Assembly: GCF_000341895.1 (NCBI RefSeq)
Contig: NC_020409.1
Coordinates: 900,001-932,000, forward strand
Source: Pseudodesulfovibrio piezophilus C1TLV30
GTDB lineage: Bacteria; Desulfobacterota; Desulfovibrionia; Desulfovibrionales; Desulfovibrionaceae
DNA length: 32,000 nt
Direction: 5' to 3'
A model generated the notes under the pieces. It saw only the letters and a list, made by a program, of their open reading frames with translations. It ran no database searches and was not told the DNA's origin. The position numbers were made by a program, and so were the translations under genes. This document shows positions 18,067 through 26,101 of this stretch, in pieces (positions within the stretch are counted from its first letter, which is position 1; the number at the start of each line of letters is the position of its first letter).

Positions 18067-18900
18067 TTACTCTGTTCCCAAACGGTCCATCTGCTTGCCA
18101 AGCAACCTGAGATGCGCCTTCTCTTCACGTGCCAACAACTGCAAAGCTTCCTTTGTCTCTTCGCTCTCCGCCCGTCTGGCACATCGAATATAATAATCCA
18201 TCGCCTGAGCTTCTATCATGGAGGCAAGTTGGAGAATGCCATGCTCGTCGTCAAAAGCTCCACCGAATTCCTCGACAAATTCTTCCAGATTGACGCCCCC
18301 CTCTCCCAGTCCCCCGACATCCTTCATAATCTTTTTTTCAAAACTCTCTTGGCTAAGAGACAGAGTGACCGCCTTCTTGTATAATGTGAAAAGTGTTTTT
18401 TTGTGACGATCCTCAAATCCTGCGAGGGTCATGAACAGATCTTTCTGCTCCGGAGTTTCTGCCTGCTCCCCTTGTCGGGCGTAAAAGCCTTGAAGAGTGT
18501 TCTCCATGGCATAGGCCTTTCCTATGATTTCACCAACGGATTCAGAACCGGAAAAAACGACCATTCCAAGCTCCATGGGACCAAAAGCACTCTGGCCGTT
18601 CCAAGCCATGGCGCCCCCCACCATATTGATAAGCGATTTGTACCCATGCCCTTCCAGAAGGGTGGCAGCAGCCATACTTCGTCCTCCAGAGGCACAATAG
18701 GCGAGTACCGGTTTAAACGTATCAATCTCACCCAACCGATCCGCCAATTCAGTCAAGGGGATGAGGATTGCTCCAGGCAAATGAAACTCCTCATATTCCC
18801 AAGCCTGCCGAACATCGAGCAGCGTGAAATCCTCAGGTTTGCGACGCTCGATAAACTCTCTTGCCTGATCCACATTCATCATCTGTATCGACTGTGTCAT
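18067..18900 (-). CDS. rhodanese domain fused to a rubrerythrin/ferritin-like diiron four-helix-bundle domain
   Basis: 277 aa from ATG 18900 (GAGG SD). Rhodanese part: LLDVRQAWEYEEFHLPGA and active-site loop CASGGRS. C-terminal half has two E...ExxH pairs (AMENT...FEDRH and IEAQ...EEKAH). The ORF-track N-terminal extension to 19113 overlaps the upstream gene and is rejected. Confidence 0.8.
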   Translation of the reverse strand: MTQSIQMMNVDQAREFIERRKPEDFTLLDVRQAWEYEEFHLPGAILIPLTELADRLGEIDTFKPVLAYCASGGRSMAAATLLEGHGYKSLINMVGGAMAWNGQSAFGPMELGMVVFSGSESVGEIIGKAYAMENTLQGFYARQGEQAETPEQKDLFMTLAGFEDRHKKTLFTLYKKAVTLSLSQESFEKKIMKDVGGLGEGGVNLEEFVEEFGGAFDDEHGILQLASMIEAQAMDYYIRCARRAESEETKEALQLLAREEKAHLRLLGKQMDRLGTE

Positions 18901-18988
18901 GATGGCCTCACTGAATGAAAAAAAAGAAAAACAATTCTCGCAAGCATATGGCATGAAACAGGAGAGCGTCAACACAGGAGCAGAAAAT

Positions 18989-19687
18989 CTAAACAAGGGC
19001 CAGGCCAATGCCCCCCGAACCAAGCAGAAATGCGACCAGAGTGTCGCCAGCACTCCACTCAAAATCAGGCTCCCAGGCATCAGCCGACTCAAGTCTGCGA
19101 CCGGCAATGACAAGAGTTTGACTCCATGTTTTCTGGCCCAGATTCCGAATCATGGCTTGAGGAAGGATTATCATGCGTTGGACGAAGCAACAATGAGGAC
19201 ACCGCCGGGCCAGCGTCATTTTCACTTGATTCATTGTAGCAAGGCATAAAGGCAAAAAATGCACCATCAATGAAAGTGAAAGTGCCAACTTCCAGGACCG
19301 CTCCTTCCCAAGAACAGGCCGGACACCCCAGGTCACAGCAAGGCCAAGTTCTCTTGGTGAGGTTGTGAGAGCCAACCCAAGGCCCAAAAGCAAAAGTCCA
19401 CCCAATCGTAATCCTAAAATTGCACCGCCCCGAAGAATTTCAGCCCAGCCAAGTCCCGCCAGACTATCCAGTCCCATCTTGATGGCAATCCAAAGAAACA
19501 AAAACGTCCAAAGACTTCGGACCATGCCACCCCCTAACGGTTCCGCACGACTGACCCTTCTCATAAGGATTAGCAAACAAAGAACACAGGCAAATACAGC
19601 CATGGGCGAGAACCACCACATACATGGACCGAAAACTAAAACGGTCGCCATCTTGAGACGAGCATCGAGTGTTGTCAGATGGATCAT
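18989..19687 (-). CDS. ECF-transporter transmembrane (T) component, CbiQ/EcfT family
   Basis: 232 aa, polytopic, with Arg-containing coupling-helix-like motifs (TLARR, IAGRR). ATG 19687 overlaps the ATPase stop as ATGA, which indicates translational coupling. Confidence 0.8.
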   Translation of the reverse strand: MIHLTTLDARLKMATVLVFGPCMWWFSPMAVFACVLCLLILMRRVSRAEPLGGGMVRSLWTFLFLWIAIKMGLDSLAGLGWAEILRGGAILGLRLGGLLLLGLGLALTTSPRELGLAVTWGVRPVLGKERSWKLALSLSLMVHFLPLCLATMNQVKMTLARRCPHCCFVQRMIILPQAMIRNLGQKTWSQTLVIAGRRLESADAWEPDFEWSAGDTLVAFLLGSGGIGLALV

Positions 19688-20421
19688 TTGGCCTCTTCCC
19701 AAGGCATGATGCCGAGTCCCGCATTCCATGAACACGGCGGACGGACCCCATACGCGGCCACATGATCCAGGACCACCTCAGCCGGACCATTCAGGACAAG
19801 CCGACCGTGGTCAAGGACAGCCAGTTCATCAACAATATCAACAAAACATTCAAGATCATGCGATGAAACCACCTGCGTCAAACCTTTGGACTTATTCTCA
19901 AGAATCATCCTGCGCATTTCGCGCATTCCAGGATAATCCAGTCCACTAAACGGCTCATCGAGCAAAACAACTTGGGGGTTATCCAAAAGAGCAGCAGCAA
20001 GACAGACCTTGCGCTTCATGCCCCAAGAGAGAGATTGAACAGATTTATCCCACACATCGAGAAGAGAGAATCTGGCTGCTATCTCCTTGGCTTTCTTAAC
20101 AGCTTCATCAGTTCGTTTTCGACCCAGCAGCAAGTCCTCTTCCACTGTGGAGCCGAGTATCTGTAAGTCTGCATCCTGCATGACCATACGGCAGATAGAA
20201 CGTATTTTTTTTTCATCTCCCGGACTGACCAAATCTCCCATGGACAAGGTCCCCTTACCTGGAGAAAACAGGCCTGCCATAAGAGACATCAGGGTGGATT
20301 TACCGCTACCATTGGCTCCCACAAGCCCAATGAGTGCGCCATGATCCATGTTCATGGTTACCGACGACAAGGCTTTTCCGCCAGAAGGATACAAATAATC
20401 TATGCCAGACAATGCAATCAT
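19684..20421 (-). CDS. ECF/ABC transporter ATP-binding protein, CbiO/EcfA family
   Basis: 245 aa from ATG 20421 (AAGGA SD). Walker A GANGSGKST, Q-loop, degenerate signature LSWGMKRK, Walker B VVLLDEPFSGLD, H-loop SSHD. Confidence 0.88.
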   Translation of the reverse strand: MIALSGIDYLYPSGGKALSSVTMNMDHGALIGLVGANGSGKSTLMSLMAGLFSPGKGTLSMGDLVSPGDEKKIRSICRMVMQDADLQILGSTVEEDLLLGRKRTDEAVKKAKEIAARFSLLDVWDKSVQSLSWGMKRKVCLAAALLDNPQVVLLDEPFSGLDYPGMREMRRMILENKSKGLTQVVSSHDLECFVDIVDELAVLDHGRLVLNGPAEVVLDHVAAYGVRPPCSWNAGLGIMPWEEAK

Positions 20422-20602
20422 GAAATTCCTTGGGGTAAGTGATAATGCCCCACATTTTACCAACCTTGGTACTCTGTCAACTTGGAACTGAAGAAGAGGA
20501 AGCGGCCCCTTGAATGTCAACCTCGGAGACTCTCCAGCCTGACAGTAAAGGTATGTGAAAAAACGGGTTACTAATGTCTTACCAGAGCACGGAGCTCTGC
20601 CC

Positions 20603-20630
20603 AAAAAAAAGCCTCTGCATAAGCAGAGGC
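20603..20630 (-). terminator. rho-independent terminator of the FadL-like gene
   Basis: Minus strand reads GCCTCTGC-TTAT-GCAGAGGC followed by eight T residues, 29 nt after the stop at 20659. Confidence 0.85.
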
Positions 20631-20658
20631 CTGATAATATCGAAAATAGAAGGGATAA

Positions 20659-21837
20659 TTAAAAGCTGTATCCGACAGACAAACCAGAAACCCAGGTTCT
20701 ACCATCCTGAAAATCAACATCCCATGCCTCTATATCGATACCATGGCGTTCCTTGGCAACAACATACATAAAGGACCAGTCAATATTCCAATTGTTGAGC
20801 TTGAAGCCAAGCCCTGTGGAAAACAACTGCCTGTCATTAACCGGCAACATGAAGGAAGCATCCCCGGAACGAGTGGGGGTCTGATCATATGCATATCCAG
20901 CGCGCAAGGCTAACCATTCCTTGGCCCAGTATTCAGCACCGAGCTGAAACCGCCAGGCGTTTTTATAATGCAATGCTGTTTCTGACTCGATAGTTCCACC
21001 GTAGGTAATTTTATCTGTGGATTCCCAACGAGTATGAATGACATCACCCTCAATGATCCAATCCTTATTAGGCTTATATGCCAAACCAAGAGTATAACTC
21101 CCTGGAAGGGTTGCTGAAATCTCCTGACCATCATCAGAATGAATGCCAGCAAAATCATAATCCGCACTTCCGGAAGTATATAATCTCATGGGAGCACGCC
21201 ATGTGAAACCGGCTGTTAACTCGTCATTGATGTCATAGGTCACACCAATGTTTCCACCAACACCATACCCTTCTGTCTTAAAGGTTATTTCACTTCCCAC
21301 AAAACGCTGCATGTCGAATGTTCCTCTGAGGATTTCGACACCGACAGCGACAGAAAGTTTATCGCTGAACTTGAAAGCTATATTCGGGTTGACAGAAACG
21401 GACTGCACTTCGACATGCTGTAAAGAACTTTTCCCTATCCAGTCTTCATCATAAGAAGTTCCGAGACCAAAACGAGTAAAAACACCTACTCCAAGCCAGA
21501 CATTCTCGTTGGATTCCATCTGCTGTGTGTAATAAGCGTGAGGAACAGTATATGTATTTGCCTTGGTCTTATTCTTGTCGCCATCCAGATATACCGAGGC
21601 CTGAGGCGTAACCAGCGTAAAGCCGGCCAAGGCATTTTTCCCTTCCAACTTGGTCATGAGTGCCGGGTTAGTTGCAATGATAGAAGCATCGCCAGCCTGG
21701 GCATAGCCCGTGGTAGCCATGGCGACGCCACGAGTGCTCCACTCATACAAAGCGAATCCGCCCGCATGGACCAGCGAGGCAGAGAATAAAAGTATCATGA
21801 AAAAAGTACAGAAAACCACAACGGATGCGCGTTTCAT
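20659..21837 (-). CDS. outer-membrane transport protein, OMPP1/FadL/TodX family
   Basis: 392 aa from ATG 21837 (GGGGGAAGG SD). Signal peptide ends in VHA/GG. N-terminal GGFALYEWSTRGVAMATTGYAQAGDASIIATNPALM matches the FadL hatch-region consensus. C-terminal GYSF. Confidence 0.85.
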   Translation of the reverse strand: MKRASVVVFCTFFMILLFSASLVHAGGFALYEWSTRGVAMATTGYAQAGDASIIATNPALMTKLEGKNALAGFTLVTPQASVYLDGDKNKTKANTYTVPHAYYTQQMESNENVWLGVGVFTRFGLGTSYDEDWIGKSSLQHVEVQSVSVNPNIAFKFSDKLSVAVGVEILRGTFDMQRFVGSEITFKTEGYGVGGNIGVTYDINDELTAGFTWRAPMRLYTSGSADYDFAGIHSDDGQEISATLPGSYTLGLAYKPNKDWIIEGDVIHTRWESTDKITYGGTIESETALHYKNAWRFQLGAEYWAKEWLALRAGYAYDQTPTRSGDASFMLPVNDRQLFSTGLGFKLNNWNIDWSFMYVVAKERHGIDIEAWDVDFQDGRTWVSGLSVGYSF

Positions 21838-22057
21838 CCTTCCCCCTAAGCGGCTGTCGCTTGCACACGACAACGGTCTTGCGATGTTTCCGACACCTCC
21901 CGGATGCGACGATTCAAGACCGTTTTGAAACACCAAATGATTAATTGGACAAACGCGGAAGGTATACCCAAGCAAATCTGTTTTGTAAACGGGGTAACCG
22001 AAAATTTTACCGTTAAAACAGCCGTTTGAATTTTTTATAAAACAAGAGAGCCTATAC

Positions 22058-22074
22058 CGGCACGTTTCTGGCAT
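22058..22074 (+). promoter_or_regulatory. sigma54-type (-24/-12) promoter candidate
   Basis: cGGCACG-TTTC-TgGCAt. GG (22059-60) and GC (22071-72) have the canonical 12-nt register. Two mismatches to TGGCACG-N4-TTGCW. About 60 nt upstream of ATG 22134. Confidence 0.45.
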
Positions 22075-22133
22075 TTGAACCGAATGGGGAATTTTTTGCC
22101 GTCTTGGCACCACAGCTAGAAAAGGACTGAATC

Positions 22134-22598
22134 ATGCTCCCTAAACTGGATATCAAGGAAAAGCACTTTCACGGCATTCTTATTGTCGGCGGAATGGCCG
22201 GTCTCCTCGAAGGAATGATGCGAGACGGTTTTACCCTTCATACGATGTTTCCGGGAATGATGCTGACACTGGTAGCAGCTTTCCTTGGCGGATTTTCCGG
22301 TTTCTTCATCAAGGACCTGACCCGGACATGGCGCGGAATGGCCCCATATCGTGGCGTTAATAACGATGGATGGATAATGGGGGCATTCATGGGAACATTC
22401 CTCGGCACCCTGTATCAGATCATTGACAGTGCCAATGGTGCCAACCTTGTCATCGGATCTATGTTTGGAGCATATTTCGGAGCCATGTGCGGTGCGTTTC
22501 CTGATGAATTCATCACGCCTATTCTCCGCTTGATGCATGCAGAAAAGGCGGCCCGCAAGCTCACGGAAAGTGAGCAGCAAATTTCATCCCGATCATGA
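22134..22598 (+). CDS. hypothetical glycine-zipper membrane protein
   Basis: 154 aa, AAAGGA SD, codon usage like neighbouring genes. Three or four hydrophobic G/A/M/F-rich helices (GILIVGGMAGLLEG, LVAAFLGGFSGFF, IMGAFMGTFLG, IGSMFGAYFGAMCGAF) and a charged C-terminal tail. I recognise no family. Confidence 0.6.
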   Translation: MLPKLDIKEKHFHGILIVGGMAGLLEGMMRDGFTLHTMFPGMMLTLVAAFLGGFSGFFIKDLTRTWRGMAPYRGVNNDGWIMGAFMGTFLGTLYQIIDSANGANLVIGSMFGAYFGAMCGAFPDEFITPILRLMHAEKAARKLTESEQQISSRS

Positions 22599-22692
22599 CA
22601 ACTAGAGATCTTTTGTGGTGTCCCTTTGAGGTGAATTGTACAATCGAAATATTCCCACTTGTCATGAAACTCTCACAGACTCGTACTCGCCC

Positions 22693-22730
22693 AAAAAAGA
22701 CTCCGGCTATGAGAGCCGGAGTCTTTTATA
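22693..22730. terminator. bidirectional terminator between convergent genes
   Basis: AAGACTCCGGCT-ATGAG-AGCCGGAGTCTT, a 12-bp stem flanked by A6 upstream and a T-rich tail downstream. Confidence 0.8.
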
Positions 22731-22761
22731 TATTGGGCACACTGGTGCCCTTTGTTTTCAA

Positions 22762-23511
22762 TTATTTCATCTCAACCCAGATAACGGCTCCGAGTTCCAA
22801 TTCCCGCCCCTTATACAGTTCTGCATCGGCATTAAGACCGGCAAATCCCCACCACCCTTTCCATGGGCAAACGAACGTAAAAACGCCATTGCTATCGGCA
22901 ATGACTTCTTGAGTGACCATCCGCTCTTCCGGAGCTTTGCGTGCGCCGTCTTTATTATAGTACTCAACTTCGACACGAGTGAAGGGAGCGGGTTCACCAT
23001 CCAACATCACCACACCTTGAAAAACATTCCCCGCATAATTGCCGAATGGACGAGTCAATGGCACTATTTCAGTTTTAAGCCCCAGAGGCGTATTCCAATT
23101 TTCTCCTTCACCATATCCATCCACCACTACTTTCGTAATATGGCGAATATAATTATTCTCCGCATCTTCTTTGTATGGAACTGGATCAAAAACAAACGCA
23201 TACAAACCGGGACCAGTGGGCGTATAAGACGCATGCCACGCAGTATGTCCCATCAAATCAATTTTCTTGAGACTTCCCGATAGGTCCGTCCGTTCTTCAT
23301 TATCGGCAACCACAAAAAATTTGTTTGGCTTTTCCAGCTCCATCCCCTGTCTTTCGAATGGATGCGCAAAAGCAAGGATCAGGTTTACAGATCGTTTATC
23401 CTGACTCAAAGCGTCCGTATCAGGAATCAACATTCCGAAATGAGCCCAGGAAACAGAGGCGCTCAAAAGACTCAAGACACACACGAACAATATCACTTTC
23501 AACTTCGTCAC
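22762..23511 (-). CDS. secreted DUF4198-domain protein (COG5266-type, historically labelled periplasmic Co/Ni transport component)
   Basis: 249 aa, GTG start with GAGGAAAG SD. Signal peptide ends in SWA/HFGMLIP, and a mature N-terminal His is typical of DUF4198. Ig-like beta-rich remainder. Confidence 0.8.
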   Translation of the reverse strand: MTKLKVILFVCVLSLLSASVSWAHFGMLIPDTDALSQDKRSVNLILAFAHPFERQGMELEKPNKFFVVADNEERTDLSGSLKKIDLMGHTAWHASYTPTGPGLYAFVFDPVPYKEDAENNYIRHITKVVVDGYGEGENWNTPLGLKTEIVPLTRPFGNYAGNVFQGVVMLDGEPAPFTRVEVEYYNKDGARKAPEERMVTQEVIADSNGVFTFVCPWKGWWGFAGLNADAELYKGRELELGAVIWVEMK

Positions 23512-23655
23512 TGTTCTTTCCTCACTGTTTACGAATACATATTAGAACTTCGTGGTTGACTGATGCATACTGATATCAAATTAGTAACACAAGTCAAGCG
23601 CAAGAGCCGTGTTCATAACACACCAGTGAAGAATGGAATTATGAAAAGCAGGAAA

Positions 23656-24582
23656 TCAGGAGTCAGGATCAGCACGCCAGCGACGTGCGAGAGTCACACC
23701 CGAAATATTATGCCACAGACTGAATAAAGCGCCGGGCAAGGCCGTCACGGCCCCAAAATGTTTGACAGCCAAGGCCACACCCAAGCCTGAATTCTGCATA
23801 CCAACTTCAATTGCCAGAGTGCGCGCATCCCGCTTGGAACAACGGAAAAGCCGAGCCACCCCATAACCGGCGGCAAGCCCTATGGAGTTATGCAAAATGA
23901 CAGCTACAAGGACCATAAGCGGAAGCGCAAAAAGCGTCTTTTGATTCAATCCGATGATACAGGCAATAAGCAGGGAAATAACCACAATTGAGAGAGAGGG
24001 AAAATATCGGAGCAAAGGCTCAAGTTGACGTCGAAAAAGACGACGCAATATCAAGCCATCCATCAAAGGGAAAACCACGATCCAAAACACAGAGACAACC
24101 ATGCTCCAAAAATTGATTTCAACCTGCTGCTCCAGTATGAGATACACAATAGCCGGTGTCAAAAGAGGCGCCAGGCAGGTTGCGGCCAGCGTCATCGTCA
24201 CGGAAAGCGCAACGTTGGCTCGCGCCAGATATGCGATGACATTAGAAGCTGTCCCTCCGGGACATGCACCGACCACAATCAGACCAATTACCGCTTCCAC
24301 CGGAAGATTGAGCAAGGAGCAAATCCCCACTGCAGCAAGCGGCATGATCAGGTATTGCATGGCAACCCCCAACGCCACCAGAGGCCATTTGCGAATGATA
24401 TCCCGAAAATCCTCAAAATCAAGTGTCAGCCCCATGCCAAACATGATGATGCCTAGCCCAAGGGGTATATGTGGTTTGATCCATGTAAAGGATACAGGGA
24501 AGGCAAGGGCCGCTGCGGACAGTATGACAGCAATGGCCAAAAACTGTTTCTCAATGAACTGGGGGAGTGCGTGAAAAGTCAT
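23656..24582 (-). CDS. bile acid:Na+ symporter (BASS/ASBT-like) family transporter
   Basis: 308 aa from ATG 24582. The N-terminus aligns residue for residue with my recollection of bacterial ASBT homologues (FIEKQF...GLGIIMFGMGLTL, GACPGGTASNV, EVGMQNSGL, WHNISG). The longer track start at 24651 adds a non-homologous extension. Confidence 0.88.
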   Translation of the reverse strand: MTFHALPQFIEKQFLAIAVILSAAALAFPVSFTWIKPHIPLGLGIIMFGMGLTLDFEDFRDIIRKWPLVALGVAMQYLIMPLAAVGICSLLNLPVEAVIGLIVVGACPGGTASNVIAYLARANVALSVTMTLAATCLAPLLTPAIVYLILEQQVEINFWSMVVSVFWIVVFPLMDGLILRRLFRRQLEPLLRYFPSLSIVVISLLIACIIGLNQKTLFALPLMVLVAVILHNSIGLAAGYGVARLFRCSKRDARTLAIEVGMQNSGLGVALAVKHFGAVTALPGALFSLWHNISGVTLARRWRADPDS

Positions 24583-24762
24583 GGCAGAGGGGTGACTGAA
24601 AAGAGGCATTGTGTCAACGATGAAAAAGTACGTGAAAAATCGCAAATTCATGGTGCCGAGTCTTTCGCAACACTGCTTCCGCCACGTATGCTGTGCGATG
24701 AAACGTTTTGAGAAAACATACCCCTACTCTGAAACAGGATATCCCGCTGAAAGAATTTCTCC

Positions 24763-25710
24763 CTATGAAGTTATCGCACCTCCACAACTCGACCCTTCCC
24801 CTGCAGTGCAAGCAAAGCAGTGATCTCCGGTGACAATCCGGCGCCTGGAGATTTGTCCTTCTAGAAAATCATCTATATGCTGGGAAACTTCCAAAGATAC
24901 CCCCAACCCGAGAGCCTGATTGAAATCACAGTCATAAAGTTGCCCATCCCACCCCACATTGACCTGACGCCGACACATGAGACCATGAACCGTCCCAGGA
25001 TTGAAAGATTTGGCGAGAAGCGCCATATATTTCTCTTCTTGCCCGTTTTCATGCAACTCCTCTTTCGACCTTCCAATAGGAACATTGGCAAGACTCAAAA
25101 GCCGATCAAACGTGACTCCATATCGGCGCTTCATCTCCCGTTTATACTCTCTCTCAAGCGCCTCCTGCCCTGGAGGAAGCGAGGTGCCGTCAGTTGGATT
25201 GAAAACCAGATCAAGGGGCAGTTCCTTTTCAATCCCATAGCCCAGGGAATTTAAACGACGCAACACGGAAATACTTTTTGAAAAACACTCGCTCCCACGC
25301 ATCTTGCAAACATTTTCTTCAAGATAACATGGCAAAGAGGCTGCCAGCCCGACCTTGTTTCTGGCAAAAAATGCCGGATAACTTGTCAGCCCCGGCTCCT
25401 CCATCACCGAGAGATTCGTCCGCACCTGTACCGAAGCTCCGACTTCACGCAGTTCAGAGATAAACGGCTTGAGAAATTCATTCAATTCAGGTGCACCTCC
25501 CGTAATGTCCACCAAAGTCGGCGAGATCGATTCAGTGACTTCAACGACCTGCAACATTGTTTGCCAAGACATGGACTCATCCCGGACTGGAGAACAGTCC
25601 AGATGACAATGAACACACGTCTGATTACATTTGAGCCCCACATTAACCTGAAGAATCTCGAGCGCAACAGCCTGGACCGGCCCGCCGACCCGTCTTTCGA
25701 AACTGTTCAT
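24763..25710 (-). CDS. ArsS-family radical SAM / Cys-rich (DUF3641) protein
   Basis: CNQTCVHC radical-SAM cluster motif near the N-terminus. C-terminal WDGQLYDCDFN and HCFACTAGEGSSCGG. ATG 25710 overlaps the upstream ORF stop as ATGA with AAGGA 9 nt upstream. ATG 25719 is an alternative start. Confidence 0.85.
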   Translation of the reverse strand: MNSFERRVGGPVQAVALEILQVNVGLKCNQTCVHCHLDCSPVRDESMSWQTMLQVVEVTESISPTLVDITGGAPELNEFLKPFISELREVGASVQVRTNLSVMEEPGLTSYPAFFARNKVGLAASLPCYLEENVCKMRGSECFSKSISVLRRLNSLGYGIEKELPLDLVFNPTDGTSLPPGQEALEREYKREMKRRYGVTFDRLLSLANVPIGRSKEELHENGQEEKYMALLAKSFNPGTVHGLMCRRQVNVGWDGQLYDCDFNQALGLGVSLEVSQHIDDFLEGQISRRRIVTGDHCFACTAGEGSSCGGAITS

Positions 25711-25985
25711 ATTACCCATCCTTGTTCAATGAAACCGTCCAATTTCGCCTTGTGATCCACCAAGTCAGTATCACTATCGGGCGCAAGTCGGAAATCAATA
25801 AATTCAATCAGGACTCTCAACTTGAAAGAAGGTGCAAATGGAAGGTTGACGAAACCATAGAGAACACTGTAGGAATGCCTTTCCCAATTCAGAGGGAAGC
25901 CGGACGGCGGTTGCGATGAGAACTCCGTCAGGTCCGAAAGGAAGCAGCGGTATCGTTTGCTATCGGGTGTCCGGTTTCCACTCAA
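25707..25985 (-). CDS. hypothetical 92-codon ORF translationally coupled to the radical SAM gene (uncertain)
   Basis: Only open frame in the 390-bp DASS-to-radical-SAM spacer. Its stop overlaps the radical SAM ATG. It contains no ATG at all. The only upstream start is TTG 25985, which lies inside a hairpin stem and has no SD. Confidence 0.35.
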   Translation of the reverse strand: MSGNRTPDSKRYRCFLSDLTEFSSQPPSGFPLNWERHSYSVLYGFVNLPFAPSFKLRVLIEFIDFRLAPDSDTDLVDHKAKLDGFIEQGWVI

Positions 25986-26014
25986 AGGCGTGTTCTTCGG
26001 AACGCGCCTTTTTT
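25985..26014. terminator. terminator-like hairpin downstream of the DASS gene
   Basis: AAGGCGTGTTC-TTCG-GAACGCGCCTT (11 bp, one GU). The T-tract lies on the plus-strand side (TTTTTTC) and only TTT on the minus-strand side, so it reads better as a plus-strand terminator although all neighbouring genes are on the minus strand. Confidence 0.5.
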
Positions 26015-26101
26015 CTTATCCTCACCCACCACCTTCTCACATGCCAAAATAAAAGGGCCATCCTTGAAGGACAACCCCTGTTCTAAAAACTTAACTTCTC
26101 A

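Noticed and set aside
18901-19113. N-terminal extensions in the ORF track (for example rhodanese 19113, cbiO 20604, FadL 22113, hisD 5880, rpsF 8529, thrC 15244, BASS 24651)
   Set aside because: The extensions overlap upstream genes or terminators, lack SD sequences, and add non-homologous residues. Internal ATG or GTG starts with SD sequences give family-typical lengths.
20422-20602. Possible cobalamin or Ni/Co riboswitch in the 180-nt region upstream of the cbiO-like gene
   Set aside because: I reverse-complemented the region and looked for a B12-box-like element (AGYCMGGAGACCKGCC-type) and the surrounding conserved GGTGCC/AAGGGAA-type segments. Nothing resembles them. A covariance-model scan would be the definitive test.
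22116-22580. 154-aa minus-strand ORF almost exactly mirroring the 154-aa plus-strand gene 22134-22598
   Set aside because: It is in the same codon register as the plus-strand gene, so it is a mirror-frame artefact. The plus-strand frame has an SD, a sigma54-like promoter, typical codon usage and coherent TM helices. The minus-strand product is Arg/His/Cys-rich and not protein-like.
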